A DNA stretch of 64,000 bases, from contig OZ320319.1 of the NCBI GenBank assembly GCA_976226885.1, positions 49,414,001 to 49,478,000 on the forward strand, written 5' to 3'. The stretch is from Iphione sp. A-MEVVRFRX5. Taxonomy: Eukaryota. The notes beneath the pieces are model-generated. The model was not told the DNA's origin and searched no databases. It saw only the letters and a list, made by a program, of their open reading frames with translations. Position 1 is the first letter of the stretch; every line of letters begins with the position of its first letter. The position numbers were made by a program, and so were the translations under genes. Shown here in pieces: positions 53,714 through 64,000 of this stretch.

Positions 53714-56700
53714 GTATGTGCGGAAACCGCTTTGTGTGAAATACCATGTACCTAATGTCTTTTCGTGATTTTCAGCTGTCTTCCGATTACGTATACACGT
53801 GTTGATTCCGTCAACATGGGAGTGCACATACAGACGTGTAGATGTACATATGCACATGTACTTGCATATCACGAGAACCATATCTCTGCCGAACTCGTAT
53901 TATGCAAGTATAAATTTGAACACGTCATTTTCCGAAACAATTGCTGTAGTGAAACGGGTAGAAATTAAACTAGGTGGATCTCGGTACATGTATATCGATA
54001 CTGGAGAACGCTAAATTACATTCGTATTAAAGGGCAGGGAATACAATGTTTGCAACTGGTTCAGCCATGGCTCTTGTTTCCTAACTCCTTTTGCTCTATT
54101 CTGCGAAAGTTATTGACACCGAAGTCGCGCATGTATTCTGTGGGTTTGAAATGAAAAAGAGTGAAGCTGACAGAGATGCAAGACTCCTGAGATACAGCAC
54201 ATAATACAAAGACGACCAGGCGTAAGAATTCGCGGCTATAGCCGCGGGTCAGATCGGCCCATCCACAGACCACCCTGTGGTGGATGATCTATGACCCAGC
54301 TAAATACATATCCATCTGCATTAGATCGTAGGCATCCAGACGTTCCCCGCTCGTCCGCGATAAGGCCAGCCAAGCCGCCGCCTCACCCTGGAGCCTGGTC
54401 GGCCTGCCCCTGAGCATCCAGTGAGCACCTCGCCATCGGGACGCCTGTCGCTCAGTCCCGACGTGAGCAGCTCAAATCGGACGACTTAAACCGACTATAT
54501 TATCTCCAAGTCGACACTCTCTTTATTGGTATTTTTTCTCTTGCAGCGTTGTTATAGTCACATCGTAAACACAAACATGTATGCATTGTTTAACTGTCAT
54601 CCAGGAGGTGTTTCACTACACAGAAATGCCGAATTCGTTCATTTTGCATAGCGATTATTGCTCAAAGCACTGTCGATTCAATTATTTAGGCGGGTACAAA
54701 CAAACGACTCCAAAACAAACTTTCAAGGAAGATGAACGGTAGTAGCCCGTACTGACCATTTCCATATCAGTCATTAAAGCGATGTTCGTAAAAGGCGTCA
54801 ATTAAACTTAAAAAATAAATATAATGGGGCGTTTTAGGAAAAAAAAACGAACACAGCCTATAAAAGTCAGGCGGTGGTTTAGATACTATTCGGAATGATC
54901 AAACCCGCTGTATACTCCATTGTTCAGTTAATAGGTACTGGCTGAGCGAATGGCTCATGTCTACATACTGCTAGGTATGCAGGGCTGTAGCAAAGCGACC
55001 CCCACCCCCAACCCTTTTCTACTGGCTGCAGCCCTGCCTCGCTCCCTCTCCAATCCGTCAGGAGGCGTGCTGAAAGCATCCAGGCGTGCGACAATACGAG
55101 CCCATGGGAGGTGATGCTTGGCCGCATAAAGGGACGGAGAGCAAGCTTTGAGGGGTTGGGGAGCGGAAGGTTGAGCTACTGACAGCATCGGCCACTATCA
55201 GTCAGAACCCCCCGCCCGGCATCATCAATACAGTCACCTGCAGATCCAACCGTCGATGCGTGATGACGAGGAAGGGGCCCCTGGCGTCCTGTCCTACTGA
55301 CCTGTCTTATGTCCTCGTCATCGGCAGCAAGGCAGAGATAAGCACGGCCGAGGTAGAAGATATCAGGGAGATAGCGAAGTGACTGCTTTATGCTCGGCCA
55401 CATTTACTGTACATAACAAAGGCGCGAGAGGGCAAAAGTCACTGCATGATATCACTGGAATACGTGTACATGTGTTCTGTACCCGCTATTACAGTTTTTT
55501 TATGTTTGCAAGCCAAACCTGCCAACGACTGACTTATCTCTTCCTGATGACCCTAGAGAAGTCAAAGACGTCATTCTCAAGACTAATGGCTTATGTGCTC
55601 CGATTTCTTTATTTTTCTAGCCAGTTCATAGATCTGGTATTTATCTAAAATGTTGCCCCGTGCATGCATACGGTAGACCACCTCGGGTGTATCAATAGAA
55701 AAACATTTTTTGAACATCGACGGGAGAAATTTCTAATGAAAATATTTCAAAGGTTATTATCGCTTTAATTTTCCGAAGGGGAAACGTCTTAGAAATGAGT
55801 TACTTACAATTTACACAAATGTCAATATCAAGCAGCCTTTGCATAAAAAACTTGTAAGTAAACATTCCATTTCCTATAAAATCTTAAAAGCCACTACCTC
55901 CAATAATTATACTTTTTCGAAACAATTTCTTTTCCATACAGCCATATGAGCAAATTTGAGCTCCACTGTATCCCTGCACTGACACTGAAGTATGCGATTT
56001 CATGCATATGTACTTTCATTTTGAAGGTAGACGAGGAAGCAACCTCCAGGCGGCCATTTTATGAACGGGACGGATCGGGATCAAACAATAACCACGCAAT
56101 ACAAAGAGCATGGGCTTGCAATACCAGAGCAACGTACATGTATGCAAACACTTCTGGGCTGAAGGCCTAATGTATAGTGTTAGTAGAACTCATGTCAGGA
56201 AGCCGGTATCACGCAGGCGTCCACGTTGGTGAGTAGCGTGGACTTTGGTGCCGCCCAAATGATGAAAAATGCGCTCTGATTGCTGGCACATAAATTGCTG
56301 CGGCAATTCTGTGGGCGTCCAAGGCTAAGTGTGGGAGGCTACTTGAGGTCGACCAAACCGGGTCCTGTTCCGGTTCTTTCCGACGGATTGGCGCCCCCAA
56401 GTAAATCGTGTATTATATTCGCCCGCCTAAATGTCAGCTTATCCAAGACAAATGCTTCCATCCAAAAGGACATCAGTGTGCCCCATCATATCTGCTATTA
56501 TGCCTCTGTTTTTGCCCTCTCCCCGGAGTCCAGTTCGCTGCGAAACGTTTCTTGCTTGTGGCCGGCGCTGGCGTGAACAGAGAGCGCGGTGTCAGGGAGG
56601 CGGCCGAAAGCAATAATCGGGCGCCCCATATCAGCACCGTTGTGATTCTGTGTGGCGGTGACGATCCCAGCGCGGTCTATATATAAGGTGATGACTTATC

Positions 56701-58489
56701 GAAGGGCCGTGCGATGGCCGCCCGCGCTGTTATCACTGAGAGGCGGTCCCATCACCTTTAAAGTCGCCTCTTTGCAGGGCTATTGGAAGACCGGTAACTG
56801 TCGGCGGTGCCGCATCAATTGTGGCAGTATGGAGAAAGAGAGACGGCAACGGGCATTATTGAGTTATGCCCTGGAACAGCGGGCGTTAGGCCATAGCCGG
56901 GCCATTTAATAGTGGGTACGCACAGCTGATAATAACACTAGTTAGGTCGCAGTCAAAATCAATACCTTTTTAGATCACGGGACTGGTAAACAGCAGAAAA
57001 GGCAATGGCTGGAGCCCATTTTCAAGGCGGAAAGCGGGCTACGTCGGTGTTTCATATAGAGGACTGGAAAGTACTATGCACTGTCGCGAAATATCTCTAT
57101 ACAGAGCCAACTGAGAAATATTTCACGCACACAAATACAAAAGCATCTGTTTGTCAGCTTGATAGATACTCAACAGGGAAGATATTCCACATGTTACGTT
57201 GTTGCTAGCTTCTAAATACTTGAACCGCCTGGGAGGTAATAGTCTAATTACGGTAAGATAAGGGGATCTGATTTAAATAATTTTTGGGGGGTCCCTGGTA
57301 TATTTAAGTATATAATCGACCTTTTCGAAAACATTGTCATTTACGGAATTATAATCATTTGAAGTGATGTGCAATCAGAGTGGGCGCCTTGATTACTACG
57401 ACTATTTTCTGCCTGTATTAAATTTCTCTGACTATACCTATCCTACAGCGTTCCTCTTGATCATATGTTAATATCATATATAAATTCGGGTGGCACTAGC
57501 ATATAAAGATGTATTATCGGACAACAAAAGCTGGTGGGCGAGTGTCATAGGCCGTATCAATGCCAGGGGGTCAGGGAGATTAATTGATGACTCCCATTAA
57601 TTGTAGTCACGCTAATCAAAATAATCTATCACGGCGAGCGGCCAGCGTCCGTAAAGCGTCAATTACCCTCGGGGACAGGGAAAAGATTAACCAATCACCT
57701 GGCATGAAGTCGCAGCGGCCAGAAGCAATCATCTGCCGGCAGCAAGAACAGATTAAGTGATCAGGCGAGACGACAGGAAGCAACAGCCGGGTAAGGTGGT
57801 TAGTGGCTGTGCCAGAATTCTCAAAGTGTCGGCGCACAGTCGTAACAGCGAAGCGTACGGGCAGCGTAAAAGAATGCCTGTCGCGGTCGGGCCTCTTAGA
57901 ACTTTAAAAATACACTTATGACTCCCATTTCCAGCTGGGTATCTTCGACGTTAATGCTATGGATGCAACAATGCAAGCTGAATCCATCAAGATACTGTTT
58001 ATCTCTGCAGCTGGTACACGCTGGCAAAAATTGAAACGTGATTTGAGAGGACTACTGCTGATGAAGTTATATGATTCGCGGCTGAAATGCTTCCTCTGAG
58101 CGCCGACTTGAGCTGGTGGGAAGTTACATTAACAATGTAATCGTTTCCTGTCGTCAAGTACTAGTCCATACTTCAGCTGAAGTGTCTCTCTCACATTTAC
58201 TCCGTAATTCAGAACGGTGACATCACTTCGGATCAGGACTATTTCTGATATACTGTGCCATCTCCCTCCACTTGTCCACCTATCACGAAAAAAAAAAACG
58301 ATTTACTGCCATTTATATGATTTCTGAAACTGAACACTTGTCCGTGACATTAAGACAATCCCACCACCGCTATATGTATGCAAGGCAGAGTCAGCAGGCG
58401 ACAGATAACTACGAGATAATGTCTACACAGTGGCAATAAACGATTTCTCGATGGCAACAGGACGTGACTGTGATGCGAAGCGCCGCGCC

Positions 58490-58615
58490 CAGATTACTTC
58501 TGATACAGATATCTTTCACCGACCGGAAGATCCTCCCAATTATGCTGGCTCTCCGCTTCCTGCAGCACTCTCAGCAGAAAATATAATTATTCAGCAGCCA
58601 GTTCACACCGAGTTG
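58490..58615 (+). mobile_element. Short LINE RT N-terminal fragment
   Basis: DIFHRPEDPPNYAGSPLP..ENIIIQQ resembles PIFKKxxxxDPxNYRPISL..ExII. Confidence 0.3.
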
Positions 58616-59617
58616 GTTAATCCGCTCCACAGTCAACTCCGGTAAGCCTTCTACTGGGCCGGCGCAAGAGATTTACGCCGCAAAATGTCAAGTTAGTATT
58701 CAGTCCACTCTCACTAATCCAAGATACCCAAGAAAAGGGGACTATTCAATTACATCCACCAGTGCTGTCTGACGAAAGAGGGCTTGTTGATAACACTGCT
58801 GATCCTATTACCTGCATTTAAAAGAAGAATGACATTCATTAATCCACTAGTAGAAGCCGAAGCACACTTTTCGAGGATACGCATAATTATTTTCTTTCCA
58901 TTGGGTCAGACCCAATTCCTAACCGAAAAAAAGGGTACCACATTTTGAAGCGACGATCAGAGTACTGCAAACCCTGCCATCAAAATTATGAATGAGGCAC
59001 AGAGAAACAAAAACTTGAAAGAGCACCAGTGCTAACCCATAACTCCTTTTCATGGCGAATGCGAATCTACAGGTCAGTTACGGGTGGTTCTTTGCAAGGA
59101 ATGTACGTAAATTTAGGACACTGGAAAACGCATTAATCCAAGTTTGTTTTCAGGATTGATGGCGCGTGGAAGCCAATGGGGAATATCCTGCATATCTATT
59201 CATGTGTCTGAATTGGATCTCGACCATATAAACTGGACCCCTGAGACGGCCCTTCCGGGCAGTAACGTGTCACTATAATGGGAATGCTCTTCACACCCCA
59301 CGCAAACACAGACTCCGACACACAATCTTAGAGTCAGCCCCTAATGATGGATACCTTATCGGTTGAAGCTCTGACCAACAGCGGCATCGCATATATGCCG
59401 CGCTGGCTCCGTGGGGAAGGCTAGAACACATCTCCAATTCTGGGTGAACGCTCTGATCACCTCCTCCAGGGTGCGCTATATAAGGACCTCAGGTGAGCTA
59501 CAATCATACTCGCCCAAGGACGCACGACAATATCCCTGCAGGCATGGATATACACGAGTCAGTAGTACTTAAGTAACCCTTTAAACCTCATACATGGGAA
59601 GAGAGGAAACGTTGAGT

Positions 59618-59620
<3 letters not shown>

Positions 59621-59689
<69 letters not shown>
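59621..59689. repeat. (GA)n microsatellite, about 34 units
   Basis: Uninterrupted GA repeat read directly from the sequence. Confidence 0.98.
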
Positions 59690-59690
<1 letters not shown>

Positions 59691-59929
59691 AAAATAAGGA
59701 TACATTATTCCTTTAGTCCAAAATTAATCATTTATGAAAGGCAGAATGTGAACCTGTTCATGTACTCTTTGCTATAGCGACCGTCTTGACCATGAGAACG
59801 TAAATCCCGTCCCCTTTTCAGATACAACACAGCTCCTTGTCGGGAGAATCAATGCTTTAACGGCCATCCAGATTGGACGCTGGCAAGGTTGGTGATGTTG
59901 GCCTCTCATGTATGCATCAGGCACGGTTC

Positions 59930-60360
59930 TTTGAGGTCAACATTTCCTTTGAGTATCTCAAAGAAGCCCCATTTATACCCTTCATCGAAAAACCCTGTGT
60001 TTCCAGTCCTTTACAGCATTATTTATATCTCATACTGGAGATGGCGCTTTCCTTCGCTCGTAATACTGACCACTTTATTCTTGCTGAACAGTGAGGGTGG
60101 CTTTGCCACCAGGTGGACATAAATCAGGCGCCCTGCAGTGCAAGCATCAAGCTAGCTTCAGCTGTGCCAATACAACAGACAGATTTCCTCTGAGGCTGGG
60201 GATAAAACACACCCTTTGTAGGTGGAAAGGCATCTCGGTCGAACAGAGAGATGTGCATGAGCCCTTTCCAATGGCCAACTCCATTTGGAAGAGTCTAAAA
60301 CACAAATCTATCGATTCTTTTCCCTCAAAGGGCCCAGAGATCACTTACTCTTGCTGCCCT
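59930..60360 (+). mobile_element. Faint LINE reverse-transcriptase relic
   Basis: LKEAPFIPFIEK (cf. WKxAxVxPIxKK), LGIKHTLCRW (cf. YGIxGxLLxW) and FPSKGPEI (cf. PQGSVLGP) in order. Confidence 0.28.
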
Positions 60361-61773
60361 TCCACCGTTGAGATGTTTGTCTTGGGTTAGGCAGCAGGCA
60401 GCAAATTGGGCATGCAGGTATCTAGTAAGACCGAAGGCCACATGTCCTACCTCGCTGACTACAGCCGCTGGAGGATTGGGAACCCAAGAACCAGTCGACG
60501 GGAGAGGTTGTCTGCTAAGCGCAAGAAATCCAATAGAGGAGACTATCGATCTCTAAAACCCATTCAAGACAGTCCTAACGTGTCTTTACCGCGACCCGCA
60601 CACCCCAAAGGCGCGGTGTAAAACAGTTGTTTTTCTTGCTTTCTGAAACCATCTTACAACTCCCCCTAGAGGGGGAAAAATCAGCATGTGGAGGCGCAAG
60701 GCTGCAAAAGCCTGCGATCAAGTAGAATGTTAATGCCGATGCTGCGGCGGAGATCATTGCCCTTCGTCGACCTAAATAAACATAGACTATCATATACGCC
60801 ACATAGAAGACCCGTAATATTGACGCCCATTTCCAGATTTGGAAGTCATATGACAAGCTATCTAAATGAGCAAATCTATGGTAGCAGCCTCGACAGAGAT
60901 TGCCCAAAATTAAGGGATGGGCAATAGAAAGTGGGTTTTCAGAGTATGTTTAATGTTGCGTCTTCATAACGACATAAAGCACTTGGAGGGAAAGGTTGCA
61001 TGCATGGAATGCATTTCCATGGACAGCAATAGAGAGACGAATTGAAATGAGTGCCACTTTAGTACTTTGTACGACAGCTATGAAGTACCAAGCTTGAGTG
61101 AATCCATCTGGTATAATCGGTCGCCAGTGATGCTGAATTTCGAGTGGCTTTGGTCGCTTATCGTTGTGTTCGCCAGGGCGACCTGCCAGGCTTCGTCCTG
61201 TTGCGTCATTTATCTATGGTATGATTGACCCAAAAGACAGACCCGTTCGCCTGTAAAAAAAATTATTATTCTCTCAGTGAATGAGAGCCAAATAATTATG
61301 CCGCAGCCGAAAGAGAATACATGTACTCGCTCTGACTAGGTGTAGGCTGATGTAGGTCAGAATTCTCCTCTTTTTACCCGATGAAGTGTAGAATACACAT
61401 TACGTTCCAGTTTTCTGCTTACTTTTGAGGCAGAGTACCCGAAAATTGAACCGCACTTCGTACATGATGTTTAACCTGAAACGCATCATGGTTTCAGTAC
61501 TAATACCTTCCTTTTTGTGGTTGTTTGCAATAGATGCGTTGGTCTGGAGGCGATAGGGTCCCGCAGCCACACACCGTCTGCTCAGGGGGCCCCACTGGAA
61601 GCGATCAGAACGTTCTCTTCGCCGAAATGGTGAGCCAATCAGCACTCGCGATGGGCTATTAAGAAGCGGCAAAGGGACCCCGAGATGGAGGACTGGTCTC
61701 ACGGCGGACACTTGGCAAGCTGCTGGCAGAGAGACCAACACTATCAGGAAAGGCGGAGGGAAATGGAGTAAAA

Positions 61774-61819
61774 GGTGTAGTTTTTCCGTAACCTGATGTC
61801 AATGCTTCGACGAAACAGC
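61774..61819 (+). ncRNA. Degenerate type III hammerhead-ribozyme-like sequence (core lacks G8-A9)
   Basis: GTGTA|GTT-tttccgt-AAC-CTGAT-GTC-aatgcttc-GAC-GAAA-CA: three short stems and GAAA are correctly placed, with 2 nt missing from CUGAUGA. Confidence 0.3.
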
Positions 61820-64000
61820 ACAAGAAATAGGATCACTTCATCTTGACTTCCAGGCAAGTCATCTCAACTCTGCTGCCCTGACCTAACTTTAGAAAGTATC
61901 TTTTTGTACTACCGAGGAAGCAAAAGGTCGTTCAAGGTGAGCTACATAGAAACCATTCTTGTACACCCCTCCACGTCTCAAGTAGAGGGAAAGTGACATT
62001 TATAGTAACCTTTGTAGAACAACACTCTCAAAGTCGACGGTTTTTCTTGCAGGAAGGAGCACGGTGCTGAAAACCGGAAGTTGCCCTCTAACTTTCAGAA
62101 ACTGAGCAAATCCATCATCACAGCAGCTCGGAATTGTGCTTCGATGTCAGTGTATCCGTAAAATAACACGGCCAGTGTGAGTCGTTTTCTTTAGATACGT
62201 TGAAGGCGCAAATCATTGACCTCTTCAGATATCTTTCAATACATGTATAATTCTCTTAGAAAGTTGTCTACATTCGCCTACCTCGGAGGAACAGTGAGGA
62301 AAGCTCGGGGGTTGAGGTATTTGTAACTGCTTTATGCTCGACGTACAAGGCTGTATTTCAAGAGTGTGTGATACATTCTCTAAAGGGTTACTAAGTCCTG
62401 AATTCTCCTACGAGTTGTCAATTACGACTCTTTCAAACATGATACAAAGACGAGTTACAAGATAACCAACGAAATCAGTTCTATTATTTGAGCATTTTCT
62501 ATCTTGTTCATCTTTTGGATTTCGACGGGAAAGTGACTCAAACTGCAGAGTTGACCAAGCAATGAATACGGTGAGGAAGCGGCTATGAGGGTGACTGCTC
62601 TGGCATACGCAGACGAACCAATGAGTGACTAGTCTTTAACAAGCGCTGAGGAATGGAAAAAGACCCACAGGAACTCTACCTTGGAGCACGGCCGGTCGGC
62701 AGGGATATCTTGATCTGCCGCGCCCTCCTGTTGACACCCGCAGAGTTTATGTGACAAGAGTCGCCGGTGGGTGGCACGCGTACATAAACTACAGGTCCCA
62801 CCGGGCTAATTCAGAAAGAAAAGCACACGAGGCGGTTCAAAAAACAGGATTCCAGTCGCCATCATTCACGGGCAGGGAATGCCATGCGCACTGTTTCTTT
62901 TCGCCCGAAATTCGCTTTTCATCTGTAGGGTGATGAACACTGTACTTACAAAAAATATACGGCCAAGACAAACGAGGGCAAGACATGGCATGCGCCAAGT
63001 TTATTCCTGACCAACCATCACGACATTATTCTGACTGATAACGACTAATACATCCCCAGGAATTCACACAGGGCACATAGTACTGATCATCACAGCACAA
63101 TGCTAAGAGATTTATTTCTCTGTTGCTGCATGCCTTGCCATTGCTGAGGACGTATTTACAGTTGGTTTTACACTGGGTCAAGCGGCACTACGCCTACGCC
63201 GTTTGCATCAGAGGGATAAACTGAACTTGACACTGACTGGCCTATCGGCTGAAACACTAATGTGACGCGCTATGCAACGTATATTTATACATGAATCACC
63301 TCGTGTCTCGTCGTGGATAACGAGCCTTGGCAACGTTGAGTTGTACCATATGGGAACTGTTAGCGTACTGCTTGGAAACCAACAAGGACAAGCCACGGAG
63401 GGATTATCGTCAGGCCATCAGCTGGATTGACCTGTTCCTATCTAAGGTAAGCAATCGGTTTAAGCTAGCCATTTAATATTCTCCCCTGTGTGTAGAAATG
63501 CTTCCCATGATGACCAATACCAGTGGGCATTTATAAATTCATACATTCACTCTAATCCTTTATCCAAGGATTACCTTGGGCCATTAATTTATAAAACAAA
63601 TGCTCTTACACATTAAGTAACTCTACATGATTTCTGTAGAATGGAGCAAGGGTAATTCTTAATCCCTTGTAACCCTCTTAGGCCCGGTTTCCTTACTTAT
63701 GGTGATATGCATGTGCGATTCTGTGCATTTTTATCAATCATGTTGATTTCAATGGAGTGATTTCCATATGTGTGGGACCAGTGCATGTGCATTCATGTGC
63801 TTTGCCCATTATCGGACCAAGTCCAATAATGTCTGCACAACACACAGCAGCACACAGAAGTATAAAGAGATGAGGGTTTTCTTAGCTGGATAGACACTGT
63901 CTTTCATAGGATGGCTGGCATGAAATTCTAACTTGCTTATAATTTGTATCAAAAAAAATTATTTGGTTGGAATTCTTTGTGATCTATACAAAAATACATG

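Noticed and set aside
54980-55036. 57-bp segment with 12-bp imperfect inverted ends (CAGGGCTGTAGC / GCTGCAGCCCTG) as a MITE
   Set aside because: No target-site duplication and too short to support beyond a possible remnant.
55176-55403. YLPDI..LAADD as the RT YADD motif
   Set aside because: The upstream PQG motif is absent and the match is too short.
56280-56400. WHINC..AILWASKA as DIRS RNase H (HINxLEL)
   Set aside because: Requires a frameshift within the motif and no downstream DN motif is seen.
1-64000. CRISPR arrays, rRNA, tRNA or prokaryotic operons
   Set aside because: No regularly spaced repeat-spacer array, no rRNA or tRNA signatures and no dense ORF packing; the DNA is eukaryotic.
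1-64000. Possibility that the window is shuffled or synthetic, given that every coding trace is broken
   Set aside because: An assembly gap, an intron that restores frame exactly and CpG-consistent stops favour real genomic DNA; mapping the window to an assembly would settle it.

Overview
Eukaryotic (animal) genomic DNA, roughly 42% GC by eye, with one assembly gap (135 N at 38148-38282). Composition and the heavy TACATGTA enrichment suggest a marine invertebrate, possibly amphioxus-like, but the species is an unverified inference. I found no intact host gene, rRNA, tRNA or CRISPR array; almost all ORFs in the supplied track look like chance ORFs or pieces of broken ones. The window reads as a transposon graveyard. 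Best-supported element: a decayed piggyBac transposon on the minus strand (about 24180-26253). It keeps its three catalytic Asp residues, carries a GT-AG intron whose removal restores the reading frame, and ends in TTAA preceded by three 34-bp units with a palindromic core. Second: a broken gag-like ORF of a tyrosine-recombinase (Ngaro/DIRS-type) retrotransposon (7440-8197, minus) bracketed by 56-bp direct repeats. Weaker calls, all by-eye motif matches that need profile searches: a DNMT3-like methyltransferase relic with no evident introns (about 39195-39545), a Penelope-type GIY-YIG relic, a degenerate hammerhead-ribozyme-like fold, several faint LINE reverse-transcriptase fragments and a few isolated candidate exons. 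I cannot support a claim of a complete novel system here; the findings are leads.
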